DNA of 64,000 nt from Camelus ferus (lineage: Eukaryota). Under the pieces are notes generated by a model that was given only the letters and a program-made list of their open reading frames with translations, searched no databases and had not been told where the DNA came from. Positions 1-12,499 of this stretch are shown here, in pieces. A program made the translations under genes and the position numbers. The stretch's first letter is position 1, and each line of letters opens with the position of its first letter. The stretch is from the NCBI RefSeq assembly GCF_009834535.1, contig NC_045697.1:108378001-108442000 (forward strand), read 5' to 3'.

Positions 1-762
1 GCCTCTCCCAGCAAAGAGATGCTTGTCCCCAGCCACTAAAGGCCCAGCAGGGAGCAGACTTTCCCCTAATGGCTCCAAGACCCCTGTTATAATAACCTGC
101 CTGCAATTCCAGGTGCCTAGGCAACAAAACTAAACACAGAATGACAGATTTGGACCAGGCTATTCCTGACAACAAAGGGATAAAGATGCAAAATTTTATA
201 TTCAAGTGATGGACATGTGCACAGGCCAAAAAAAAAAAAAAACCAACTAGAGGCATAACTACATCAATGTGGTTATTTTGGGGGTGGGATTACGGGTAAT
301 TTTTATTTTTTGTCTGCCTTTCTGCACATCTCAAATTCTCCACCATGAATATGTATTACTGTTAAAATCTGTAAAAGGTTAGCTTTAAAATTCATATGAA
401 ATTACAAATTTATGGTAGTCATTCTGCAATCAAAGCTATTTTGCTTACATGTAGACTTCTGGTTTTTACTGTTCTTCCGTTGTGCATTTTCTAATCTCTA
501 TTTTTACTGCCCTGCTTTTAATGCTGTAATAAGCCAGCTATATTCTCCAGTCAGGCACTCCGTGTGTGTGGGTTTAAGTCACAATTGTGCACAGAAAATG
601 ATTCCTACAGCACAAAAAATGCAGGTACCATTGCCTGATCCCTCTCATACTCTGTTCCTCCACCCCTTCATGCTGTTCCCTCAGGCAGGACCAGATTCCC
701 CACTTACCTCTGACAAACCCAATCCTACATTTTTTTCTGCTCTTTCAAAAATTCTGTTCCTG

Positions 763-927
763 CAAAGTCCTACTGTGTAGCACAGGGAACTATATTCAAT
801 ATCTTGTAGTAACCTACAATGAAAAAGTGTATGAAAAGGAATATATGTATGTATATGTATGACTGAAAAATTATGCTGTACACCAGAAATTGACACAACA
901 TTGTAAACCAGCTATACTTCAATTAAA
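763..927 (+). mobile_element. 5'-truncated young L1 (LINE-1) 3' end, camelid/cetartiodactyl type, with TSD
   Basis: Typical L1 3'UTR tail (ctactgtgtagcacagggaactatattcaatatcttgt...gctgtacaccagaaattgacacaacattgt...tacttcaattaaaa). Flanked by a 16-bp TSD with 1 mismatch: aaaaattctgttcctg 747-762 / aaaaattttgttcctg 928-943. Confidence 0.9.
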
Positions 928-1356
928 AAAAATTTTGTTCCTGTAAGAAACCTTACACAACTCTGTTCATCCATGCATTCACAAAATAAGTATTGAACAC
1001 GGTCCACACACCAGGGTCTGTGCTCAGGACTGGAGTCACAACCACAAACACTCCCGGACCCTGCCCTTCCTTTGAGAATAGAGTCTCCCCCACAGCAGGT
1101 TGGGGGCGGTTGTAAGTAAGCCCAAGTGTTGATTGTCAGCCCTTGGGATTGGCTGCCATAGCTTGCTCAGTGGGGAGCAGGGGTTTACAGTGCCAAGAGG
1201 GATACTAACCAGTGGTTGTCACAGCGGTAGTAATTGTTACATCACACAGTAGTCTGTGTTATAGATAATGCATGTACACATGTGTGCATGTATGGGCATG
1301 TATGTACACCTGCCATAAATCCCCGCAATTCCCTTAACAAGCAAGCATTATCTAGA

Positions 1357-1735
1357 GCAGCCAACGTTTACTGAGGACAGAGTACGTGCCAGGCCCCAGT
1401 CTAGGTACTTTTACACGTACAACCTCTTTGTTCCTCAGAGTAGCCCTGAATTGTATGTATCATCATTATCCCCATTTTAGAGATGAAAAAACAGTGATAA
1501 AGGGAAGGTAAGCAATTTACCATAAGATTACAAAGCTCGCCACAGGAACTATGGCTAGTATTTTATAATAACTTCAAATGGAGTATAAGCTATAAAAGTA
1601 TTGAATCACAATTTGCACACTTGAAACTAATATAATATTGTAAGTCAACTGTACTTTAATTAAAAAAAAAAAGATTACAAAACAAGCAAATGATGGGTCT
1701 TGGTTTCAAACCCAGAAGTCTGACTTCAGAGCCCT
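1357..1735 (-). mobile_element. MIR SINE, interrupted by an L1 fragment
   Basis: MIR core in reverse (attatccccattttagagatgaaaaaac...; ggtttcaaacccagaagtctgacttcagagccc) on both sides of the L1 piece. Confidence 0.8.
1535..1670 (+). mobile_element. Short L1 3'-end insertion nested in MIR
   Basis: L1 tail ending in poly(A). Perfect 11-bp TSD aagattacaaa at 1524-1534 and 1671-1681. Confidence 0.85.
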
Positions 1736-2041
1736 ACTCACATCATTGATTGCCAATTATTGACTCTGAGCTCGCTGGGTAGTGAGTGTAGGCCAGGGAA
1801 GGTTCCAGCGTGATGAAGGACAGCAGGGAGCACTGGCCCCTTCTCAGGGAGTTACAGGAGACTCCTAGAAGGAGGGGAGCCTAAGCTGACACTGAAGAGG
1901 AATTGGAGGTGAGCTGGCAAGGAGGTGAGGAGTGAGGAGAAGACACGCTGTGAGGTAGGGAAGCAAGGCGGGTTCTATAGGAGACCTGGGGCGTGGGGGC
2001 TGGACTTTGTACACCAAACTAAAGGGTCTGGACTTTTTCTT

Positions 2042-2190
2042 TTTCTTTCTTTCTTTTCTTTTTTTTTTAAAGCAGTTCTTTTTTAGGGTGGGTAATGAGG
2101 TTTATTTATTTTGATGGAGGTACTAGGGATTGAACCCAGGACCTCAGATATGCTAAGCACACACTCTAGACTGAGCTAGACACTCCCCCT
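2042..2190 (-). mobile_element. tRNA-Ala-derived camelid SINE (vic-1-like)
   Basis: Reverse tRNA-Ala-like head (ggtactagggattgaacccaggacctc...ctgagct) and T-rich tail. Perfect 13-bp TSD tggactttttctt at 2029-2041 and 2191-2203. Confidence 0.9.
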
Positions 2191-4349
2191 TGGACTTTTT
2201 CTTAAGTTTAAGGGAAACACCACAGTCAGATTTGCATTTAGAGCAATCCTCTGCTATATCAGTATGGAGAACGGGTTGGAAGGAGCCAGACGGCAGACGC
2301 GGAGATGGGGGATGCCACGACACAGGGAACTGGGGACAGGGGACAGGACCACGACCTAGGTGGGGCCACGAGGGCACAGACATCCATTGTCTTCTCCTCT
2401 TGCATTTCCTCTGCATCTCAGTGTGAGGGCTCTGCCACGCTAGTTTGTACTTGCTTAAACAATGCCTGTGAGCTGGTGGTTCGTCCGGTTGTTCCTGTTT
2501 ATGTGTCTTGTCTTAACTAGACTGAAAGCTCCCTCGGAGATAAGGACCACGTCTGACGAATACACCTGTCTGTGCTCAGCCCAGCACCGGACACAGAGAT
2601 CAGTTATTAATTCTTTGAATAAATTATCATGCTTGTTTTCTTATCAGCCTTCTACTCAAGGAATTTTATCATCTAAACACCTCTTACTGAAATCAAAGAC
2701 TAGTTCTGTAGCTCTTTCCTTTGGGTTTATTGGCAATCACACAGAGTGACACTAGGTAACTTTGTATGTAAAATGGCTGATAAAACAGAGCTAAGGATCA
2801 GTGAGGAAAAAATCAATTACACGCGAATGGTGTGTGTGTGTGTGTGGACGTGTGCTGAGCACCCAGCGCACTACAGGGCACGTTCATCTTATCTATATTA
2901 GCATCAAAGCTGGAGTCAGCCTCTTAAAGCCCGTTTTTTTCTTCTTTAGGCCTTCCCAAGGATTCATGCGCCAAATAACTAAATTATGTCTTGGTAGCTA
3001 AACAAATTATGCAAAATTATACACCATGAATATTTTATAATTCTAAACCCTGAAGCCAGACTCCAGACAGTTTTATGTCTGCAGCAACACGTATCAGACC
3101 CAGAAAAATTCGGCTAAAGACAAATGACTTCTTTCAAAAACTTTACTTTTTTTTTCCTTGCTGCATTTCTCCTTAAGGATGCCTCAAAGGTTTTACTGTA
3201 TGTAGGTCCTGAGAGTAAGTGCCCTGCACCTTCCTCTCAGCTGGCTGAAGCCAGAGATTGTGCCTGGCATAACTTAACTCTTGAAATATGCAGGAAATTG
3301 ATTAAGGTTAACAGTGGTCTACCTCGGGCTTGCATGGAACAGATATAATATGAATAAACAGCTGACAATGGGCCAACGTTCAACTGGTGCCACATGCTTC
3401 CTTCTGTCTTAGAATGTTGAAATTGCATACAAAATACATCTTTCTAAATAATGAGGTCTTAGTTGCCCAGAAATAGGAGCTGCAGCTCTGTCTGATGTGG
3501 GTGCTAAGGAACATCAGAACTGCTTGCGCGGTGTAGCTGGTTTCTCTCTCCTTCTTCTTTCTCAATTACCTTTGCTAGTTTTGATCCACCTCTTCTGGTT
3601 TTTAAAAGAAAGAGCTACCCTATGAAGGTTCATGGCTGTGTTCTCCAAGAGGCCAGCAGAAGAAAACGAGGAAGCTGTAAGTTAGTAAGACTCTGATGGT
3701 CCCTCTCCTTGGCCCCTTGCAGGTTAATGCTTCAAATTGAGCAACTTCAAAATGGCCAGGAATCAGGGGCAGGATGAGAGCAGATGTCTCTCCTCACTCC
3801 TCTGACTGTTCTGTGGGCTTAGAGAGGAACCCAACAGAACTGGAAAACCTGCTCACTGCCTCCAGTCAGGGACTGACCAGGAACACCAATAAAGGGAGAC
3901 AATTGATTTCATGGGGGTGATGGAATTCTGGGTGACTGTCTCTTTAAAAAAAATTCTGTTAGAATTTCCTTTGTGCCATAAACAAATTAAAATTTCTTTT
4001 TGAAAATCCTGCTGACTCACGGGAGCACCACAGAAGTCATAGCATCTTTTCTGTCTAATCAGCAGGCTGATTTTCCAGAGATAGTGTTCCTATTTTCTTT
4101 CACAGAAAAGGATGTGGTGGGAAGAAAGAAACAAAACAAAATAGGCTTGTTACTCAGAGGCCACTGGGCAGATCCTTGACCGCCATCTGAGATGGCCCAG
4201 CTCTGGGCAGGAGCCCCAGAATGTGTCCCGGAACAGGCTACACCAGAGGCTGGAAAGCACTCGTGTGAGGGGGTCATGTCTCATCACCCCCTCTCAAGCC
4301 AGCCCAAAGCTGGAGGGAATGAAGTGTAGGGGCCAGGGTGGCAGCTACG

Positions 4350-4550
4350 AGTTAGTGGAAAGAGCACTGGGGCCAAGAATGTAGGGAGGAATCCTGCTGC
4401 ATGACCTTCAACCAGTTACTTAAGCTTGGCTGAGCCTCAGTGTTCTTATCTTTAAAATGGCTATAAATTCTACTCACTTCCCAGGGCTGTTATAAGATTG
4501 AAACAAAATAATTGCTTGCAAGCACTGAATACAGGGGTCTATAGCACTGT
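4350..4550 (+). mobile_element. MIR SINE
   Basis: gtggaaagagcactgg...tgacctt...agttacttaa...gagcctcagtgttcttatctttaaaatgg matches the MIR core. Confidence 0.75.
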
Positions 4551-4861
4551 AACTGCTTAATAGCTGAGGGGGCTTTAAGGATGAGCCCTATTGTAACTTG
4601 TTCTGTCCCGATAGTGGTCCCACTGTCACTTCGGATATGAAATGCACACCACTGCCCATGTATTCTCACCAACATCCTTCTCTCCTTCACTTTCAGAAAC
4701 CAGCTCAGATAAGGACCTCATAAAAGCATTCATCCTCAAGAATAAAGACCTAATAAGTTTTCCCTTTTCTAAGGGTATTTGTATTTTGAGTTTTAAAACC
4801 AAAATATTATTAGAAGTGCAATTTTAGGTCTCAGCAAGCTAATAGAAGAGAATTGTTTGCT

Positions 4862-4889
4862 TTTGTTTGTTTGTTTGTTTGTTTGTTTG
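4862..4889. repeat. (TTTG)n microsatellite
   Basis: About 7 tandem tttg units, seen directly. Confidence 0.9.
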
Positions 4890-5029
4890 CAGAATGTGTA
4901 ATAAAGACTTCTTCAGTGAGCTCTTAAAATTATGCAAATACATGTCTCTTTAAATGTCTGTTTAAGGCTCTAAATTTAGCTATCAGCTTACAAAAAAACA
5001 TAGAGGATAGAAGAACAGAATGGATGACA

Positions 5030-5448
5030 CTAAGAGAATGCTACCAGCAAAGTCCAGACTGTGAGAGCTTCTATAGGACAAATTGATACTTTATAAAATT
5101 TCACTGCAAGGAAGAGAGAGAACTATTAGGGGAACCTGTAGATTAAGAGATGTAAAACACATATTTAACCAATCAAAACATGTAGACCTTAGTTTGATCC
5201 TAACTAAAATAAACAAATTGTAAAAATGAAAATTATGGCATTTATGAGATAATTGGAAAGTTATAGATATAGAGAGATATTAGATAGAGATTATTCTATT
5301 GGTTCTGTTTCTCTGGACAGACGACTCTGGTCTTTGTCTGAGATTTGTCTCAAAATAGTACAAGAAATGCTGATGAGTGGATCAGAGATGGATGGGGCAA
5401 GACTGACCATGAGTTTATGGTTTTGGGTGCAGGGTGATGGGTACTTTT
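5030..5448 (+). mobile_element. Old L1M (L1MC-like) 3' UTR fragment
   Basis: cagcaaagtccagactgtg...taggacaaa...gattaagagatgtaaaacacatatttaaccaa... Related sequence recurs at about 40100-40320. Confidence 0.6.
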
Positions 5449-5466
5449 AAAAACAAGGGTATTAGT

Positions 5467-6400
5467 CTAAATAGACATTTCTCTAAAGAACACATCCAGA
5501 TGGCCAACGGGCACATGAAAAGATGCTCAGTATCACTAATTATTAGAGAAATGCAAATCAAAACTATAATGAGTTATCATCTCATACTAGTCAGAATGGC
5601 CATCATCAAAAAGTCTACAAATAATAAATGCTAGAGAGGGTATGGAGAAAAGGGAACCCTTCTACGCTGTTGGTGGGAATGTAAACTGGTGCAGCCATTA
5701 TGGAGAACAGTATGGAGATTCCTCAAAAAACTAAAAATAGACTTACCATATGATCCAGCAATCCTACTCCTGGCCACATATCTGGAGAAAACTCCAATTC
5801 AAAAAGACACATGCACTCCAATGTTCCATAGCAGCAGTATTTACAATAGCCAAGATTTAGAAACAATCTAAATATCCACTGACAGATGAATTGGTTAAAG
5901 AAGATGTGGTATATATACACAATGGAATACTACTCAGCCATAAAAAGAGCGAAATAATACCATTTGCAGCAACATGGATGGACCTAGGGATGATCATATT
6001 AAGTGAAGTAAGTCAGACAGAGAAAAACAAATATCATATGATATTACTTACATTTGAACTCTAAAAAAGGATACAAATTTTATTTACAAACCAGAAATAG
6101 ACTCACGGACATAGAAAACAAACTATGGTCACCAAAAGGGAAAGGCAGGGAGGGATAAATTAGGAGTTAGAGATTAACAGACACACACTACTATATATAA
6201 AATAGATAAACAACAAGGACCTACTGTATAGCACAGCGAACTATATTCAATTTCTTGTAATAATCTACAATTGAAAAGTATCTGAAAATATATGTATGTA
6301 TGTGTATGTATAACTGAATTGCTTTGCTTTATACCTGAAACTAACATTGTAAATCATCTACATTTCAACAAAAAATAAATTTTTTAAAGATATCTAACAA
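5467..6400 (+). mobile_element. 5'-truncated L1: decayed ORF2 C-terminus plus 3' UTR
   Basis: ORF track peptides [33 protein letters not shown] and [19 protein letters not shown] are LINE-1 ORF2p C-terminal motifs, broken by a stop and frameshift. Degenerate TSD at 5449-5466 / 6401-6418. Confidence 0.95.
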
Positions 6401-6999
6401 AAAAATAAGGATAATAGTATCTAAATATTATACATGTTCAAAATTCTCCAAAATAATAGTTAAAAACAAAATAAAACAAACAGAAGAAACTCTCTTGATC
6501 CATGTAACCTTTCCCCATGTCATTGGCAAGGCACAAAGAATTATATAAGCAAAGTTTTAACTCAACTCTGTCCAGTACTTATAAGCCCACTCCCCTCCTC
6601 ACCCACTACACTTTATCTCAAGCAGCCAACACCAGTGGGGCCAATTCCCTGCAAGGCTGCCTTTCAGGCCCTCCTGGGACAGTTTCCAACAACCAAAGGC
6701 AGCTAGAATTTGGCAAGATCGATTCCAGAGGAAAGACCTGGGAAAGGGAAGGGCTCACTGCCCATCTCTCAGCTCCTGAGAGAGGCAGAACTGGTTCTAA
6801 AATCCTGTTCTCTGCACTTCCATCCATAGCTCCCCACAAACACTCTTGTTTTCCTGAAAGGGGACTTGATCACAGCTCAGGGAGGAGAGAAACCATAGGT
6901 TCTCCTCTCCTAAGAGGTTGCTTGTCACCCCACCCCATCCCCAACAAATAGTAGCCCCAGCGCTCCTTTGAGACCCCCTGCATTTTTAATGAATGGTTT

Positions 7000-7580
7000 C
7001 AGGCTCATTAAAGAGTAGAGCTAATAATACCATGGGAACTCCCCACGAATTCACCACCCAGCTGAAAAAAAGGAACAGGACTAACTCCACTGCAGACTGT
7101 GAGCCCTGCTCAGTCTCACTCCCTTGTCCCCTCCCTAGAGGTGACCACTCTCCTGAGCTTAAATGTGTGGCGTTACCATGTGTTTCCTTTCTTTCTTTTA
7201 AAATAAAACAATGGACTTGGGCTTTTAAACATTTTATTGATTGTGGATTTTTAAAATTCTGGTACTACATATATGCTATTCGTAAATAATATACAGTATA
7301 ATTATCACTGATGCTTTAAATTTTTACAAATGTTTTCATTACAGTAGGTACCCTTATGCAACTTGCTTTTCACACTCCGCAGTACATTTCTGAGATTTCC
7401 CCACATCCACGTGCATCACTCTCGGGCATTCATTTTCTCCCCGCTGAGTCGTATTCCCTTGAATGAAAGACTCCAGTTTATAGACCCGTTTCTCCTGCAA
7501 TCGATGCTCAGGCTATGTTCGATTTTTCTCTTTTACATACAAGAGTGGAGTGAACATTCTGCAGTTTCCCTGTGCACAGC
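7000..7580 (-). mobile_element. Old L1M(E)-type 3' fragment
   Basis: ccctagaggtgaccactctcctga...ttatgcaacttgcttttcacactc...atttctgagatttccccacat is typical of a reverse-oriented old L1 3'UTR. Confidence 0.55.
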
Positions 7581-9241
7581 TGAGAGCCTTCCTCTCCGCC
7601 CCTTTTTCACTTGGTTGTTTCCGCTCTGTCCTCCATCCCGCCAAGTTCATGGGTGAGACCCTGACAGTTACTGGCCTGTCTCTCTCCGCTGATGAAGGGT
7701 TTGCTCTCTGCCTCTGTTGGGCAAAGTGAAGGAAGGGCGCTGGGCAGTTAACTCATAAGTTTGATCAGGATTCTCTCACTACCAGAACATACCCTCACGG
7801 TGTCTTACTTTAAGGATTAAGTTTGGGGAACTTAGTTATCTGAATAATTGCCCTGTCTAGACTCAACCACCACCTCCCTCAAGCCCTTGGCAGTATCCAA
7901 AAGGGGTCAGCGCTAACAGAGCACAGTTAAATATAGACATCTAGGAATAAAAGGCCTAATTAAGAACCAGGAAGTTGCTCTGGGGAAATTTAAAAGGTTT
8001 GCCAAGGCACACTTAGCTGTGCCAAAGCCTCATTTGGCAGGAAGATGTTGATGAGAGCCCCCAAGTCGAGGGAAGGAAAAAGCAGATTTATCCCCCAAAT
8101 CATCAGGGCTGGCTGGCTATCTGCTGCTTGTGTGTCCAACCCCCCACCCCGCCCCAAGTCACACTTTCTAGGACAGGGATGAAGGAAAACCACCAAAGGC
8201 AGTGACACCTCCCATGTCAGAGACACTCTCTCGAATTGCTCTAAAGTACTCATTTACCGAATGAAGAATTTTGGACACTCAAGATTCTTTCTAATTCAAC
8301 GTGCATTTCTGACCCTTTGAACTTTCTGCCCTGATGAGGACAACATTCACCTCCCCGCCCGAGGTCAGACAGCGGAAACACCATTTTCACCCCGATGTGA
8401 GGGAACAGGTGAAGCCCAGTTTTCCAACTTTTAATGAACTCTTACTATATTTTATCACTGCAGTTCGACAGACTCCACGTGCTCATCTGGGGATGTGGCC
8501 ATGTTTCTTGTAGATTCTGAAGGATTAAAAACAAGCATGAATTCAGAATGTTTATTCATCAGACCAATATAAATGAGATCCTTAAGAATCCATAATACAC
8601 CCTCAATACAAAATGTAAAACTGTCATTTTTCTATCTCCAACAGCAGGCTGACGGCGGTTATTCTGAACCATCTCAGACGGAGCGAGCGCCTTCTGATCT
8701 CACCTGTAAAATGGAGTTGTCCAGCTCCTAGGGTTCCCCAGGGGATCAGTGGAGATAATGTACCAGAGAGCACTTTGAAAAATATAAAGTGCAATTCCGA
8801 TGGACTATTGACAGTCCTTTGTTAAGTGTCCAATTGATTGCTGAATGCCCTTGGATGCAATGAGGCATCATTCCTTATGAACCGCTTTATAACTCAGACC
8901 TTTCCACTAATTCAGAATGACCTTCCCTCCAATCAGCTCGGCTCCTGTGGTTTCACTTCAAAGCCCAGGAATTTGCTGCGTGGAAGGAATCTCGCAGAAG
9001 AAAGGGGTTTTAGAGGTCATCTCATGTCCAGCCTCCTGCCCTGTCCCCCCGAGGCAGGGGTGTGGTCTCCTCTGCATCCCCTGCCAGATAATCCCTAGAC
9101 CTCTGCTTGGAAATCTCCCATGAGAGCAGCTTCCTAGGACGTGAGTAGCCCCTCCTACTGAGGAGAATGAGGCTGAGATGAACATGAACTCCATGGGGTC
9201 AAAAGTCGTTTCTACCACCAGCTCCAAGCCTCTGAACAGAG

Positions 9242-9563
9242 CAGGGGTTTGCAAACTACGGCCCGCGGGTCAAATCTGCACCAATGCTAGGTTTTTGCAG
9301 TCTGAGGGCTAAGAATGGTTTTTACATTTTTAAATAGTTCTTTTTAAATTTTGAATAGCATTTTATGACATATGAGAATTATATGAAATTCAAACTATCA
9401 ATATCCACAAATAAAGTTTTACTGAAACATAGGCATTTTCCTATTTTCTGTGGCTGCTTCTACACTACATGGCAGCTTTGAATGATTGCTACAGACACCT
9501 CACAGCATGCAAAGCCTAAGATATTTACTCTGTCCTTCCACAGAGAAATTTTGCCGACCCACT
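9242..9563 (+). mobile_element. MER58B-like hAT-Charlie MITE
   Basis: Starts caggggtttgcaaactacggcccgcggg and ends aaattttgccgaccc (terminal inverted repeats). Internal aataaagttttactgaaaca and aaagcctaagatatttact. Confidence 0.85.
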
Positions 9564-10589
9564 TTAGAGTTACATGAGCAATCCCAACCCCTCTTTAAAC
9601 GGGTGAACAATGTTTTCATGTCATTGATCCATCCTAGCAAACCTTTTTAAGGACTTATGATGGTGCCCAGGTGCTGTGCTGGGCACTGGGCAGGTTAAAA
9701 AAAAAAAAAACAGTAAGAGACTAGATCTTAAATGTTCTCATCACCAAACAAAAAATACATAGAGACACCATATGAATTCAGAGGAAGGAAAGACAGCATT
9801 TTGGAAAGATTTCACAAAAGGAAATTTGAACTTGAACTTAAAGAATGGGATAGGTTTTGGAGAGTTGGAGAGAATTAAGAGGTTGTTTGCTTTTTGTTTG
9901 GGGGTTTTTTGTTTGTTTGCTTGTTTTAGCACAAAAACATTCCATTTAAAGCCGTGGAGTCAGAAAACCTAGAGATGTGTTTAGAGAACCCAGTGGTTCA
10001 TTCACTGTGTACTTAGAGTGTCGACAATGAGGCAGGCTGATTCCAGGTACCAGGTTACAACAGCAGACAAAACAAGGATCCCCACCCTGGTGTAGATTAC
10101 ATTCTAGTGACCACGTGCCTGCAGTAAAAGGTTCACCCGGGAGAATACGGGGCCCTAGGTTGAGGGTAGGTTACAGGCAGAGCGGAACACCCACCGCTCA
10201 CTCAAGGGCACTGGAGTCACAATCAGAAACAGGCAGCACCTGGCCCCACTCTTCAGCCTTGCCACACACTCTGGCCTTGGGCACTTAACCTTTTGGTGGG
10301 TCCTCAATCTCCTCATCTTTAAAATTAGGGAGCAGGACCAGATCTAACTCAAGAATTCTATGAAAACATCTTGATTTGCAAATCACAAAATTTCTGGGAT
10401 TCATAGAAAAAAAAATCTAGATAACCACTCACTTTGGTTTTCTTTACAAGTTGCAGTTGCGTTTTTCTTATTTCGTTTCTTTAAAGCTCTCAAAGTGTGT
10501 GTTTCTTTAAAAAAAAAAAAAGTACTATTACATGGTTCCTAACTTCAAGGTCTACAATCCAGTGGAAAACAAGACACACACAATGAATA

Positions 10590-10830
10590 AGAGTGTGGAC
10601 CCAGAAGCCAGATCACCTGGGCTTGGATCCGAGCTCTGCCCAGACCCCGGACCAGCAGTGCCACGCCTGCTGGGGAAGTGACCTGACCTGCCCCCGTGTC
10701 AGTTTCCCAATGAAATGAGGAGAGTAATGATATTGACCATAAAAGGCTGTCGTGAAGATTAAATGAGACAGCAGGTGTAACGGGCTGGCAGAAGTTCCCG
10801 TGGGTACTACTATTTTTATTGTTATTACAG
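10590..10830 (+). mobile_element. MIR SINE
   Basis: gaagccagatcacctgggcttggatcc...tcagtttccc...gtgaagattaaatgaga. Confidence 0.7.
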
Positions 10831-11229
10831 ACAAAGAAACCAGTGTGATGAAGTGTGGCTGAGGAAGTTATCAAAAATTTCGAAGGAAGAATTGGATCAC
10901 AGAGTGGAGAGCACTCCTGTCTGGCAAAGACGAGTGTTGAGACAGGCTTCCTGGGTGTTGGCGGAGAAGCAGGTGTGCTCCCAGCAGACAAGTGGGCTGG
11001 TGGTATTTTGAGGAGATGAAGCTACATGAGCAAAGATGTCCCCAACTGACCCCGTCTCCCCCCACTCGTGGCTCTGTGTCCTCTGCGCCTTGTCTCCATG
11101 AATAGGACTCCTTCCCTGCCCTGCCTCATCGGCACGGCACCACCAACTGCTCAAGATGGAAACGCGGGGGTCTTCCTTGCCTCCTCCCTCCAGCTCATCC
11201 TCCCATCTGGTCATGTGGATTTTGCATCC

Positions 11230-11325
11230 CACACATCTCTCAAATCCCGTCTCTCTGTCTCGATATTCCTCTATCTCTCCATCTCTCTTTATGTCTCTAA
11301 ATCTCTCTCTATCTCTATGTCTTTT
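11230..11325. repeat. (TC)/(TCTA)-rich low-complexity tract
   Basis: Degenerate tctctc/tctatctc runs. Confidence 0.7.
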
Positions 11326-11339
11326 TGTACCTCAGTAAC

Positions 11340-11710
11340 CCTCTAATGGTTCGCCTTGCTCCTAGTATCAAATCCCACTTCTTGACCATGTGGGATCAGT
11401 TCCCTCCCTCCCCCTCTGCATCCCAGCAGCCTGAATTTCTTTCATATCCCCAGATGCTTGCTGTTTCTTCTGTCTGGAATGTTCCTTTCCGATCTCCTCG
11501 CCCCCTCTCCTTGCAACCAGCCATACTCACCCTTCAGGTGGCAGTCTTAATGCCACCTCCTCAGGGACACATCTCTGACTCTTGCACTCGACTGGCACCC
11601 TCTCGGGGTTCTCTGTACTCGCCACAGTCAGAATCCATCCATCATTAATGTGCTTGTTGTGAGTCATCTGTAAATTCCACGAGGGCAGGGATTTTTTAAA
11701 TGTCATTTGC
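11340..11710 (+). mobile_element. L2 LINE 3' fragment
   Basis: tgctgtttcttctgtctggaatgttccttt...atgccacctcctcaggga...ctgtaaattccacgagggcagggatttt. Confidence 0.65.
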
Positions 11711-12499
11711 ACCCAACAAGCATTTTTTACAAAAAAAGAAAAGAATAGAATAAGTAGAACAAGACAGAATAGACTAGAAGAGGATAGGATGGGGTAGAAT
11801 AGAAAATATAAAAATAAATTGAATATAGTAAAACTAATAATTTTTCTGAAAGGCTTGTCTCTTACATGCGTGAGTTTATGTGTATTCTGGGTTGAGATAT
11901 CGAATGTCACTCTTAGTGTAGGTAACAGCCAGGCAAGTTGGAAAGCCAGGGTCCTAGGGAAATAGCAGACGTGTGCTCCCACCTGATGGCCCTCCAGTGT
12001 GTGAGCACCAGTCAGGGTGGCCTCCGCAGCTGACTGGTGCTCACACCAGCCCAACATCCCCAGCTTATTCCCCGGGTAATGTGGTTGTTGGTTGCCTCTC
12101 CTTGGAACTTTGTCTGCATCCTTATTATAGAGTGGATCCTAGAAATGACAGTGACATACTCTGCTGCCATGTTTCCCTCTCACCAGTTGATTTCTCAGGA
12201 CTTTGGCACAAGAATTCCAAAGGAAAGTGGAGGGGGAAGGGCAGAAGGAGGATAGGGAGGGAGGAGGGGGAGGGACAGGAAGGGAAAGAGGAGGGGGATG
12301 AGCTCCTTGTCACCCTGTGCTGTGTTCCAAAGATCCCACATTCTCTTCAAAGTGCTCACAAATTAACCCTTCCATATCCAACTCTTATCCAAGATGGACA
12401 ATCCGCTTACCTGTCTGTACCCTGTAAAATCAACTTCCTCTCCATTCTGAAACAGAAACACACATGCTGGCCAGCATCTTCTTCCAACACAACTCCTCT

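Noticed and set aside
5434..5871. ORFs with clear protein homology (also 53788-54012)
   Set aside because: These are LINE-1 ORF2p C-terminal remnants with stops and frameshifts, not genes and not autonomous elements.
11745..11830. (AGAAT/AGGAT)-like pentamer run resembling satellite DNA
   Set aside because: Short and degenerate, consistent with an ordinary simple repeat grown from an A-rich tract.
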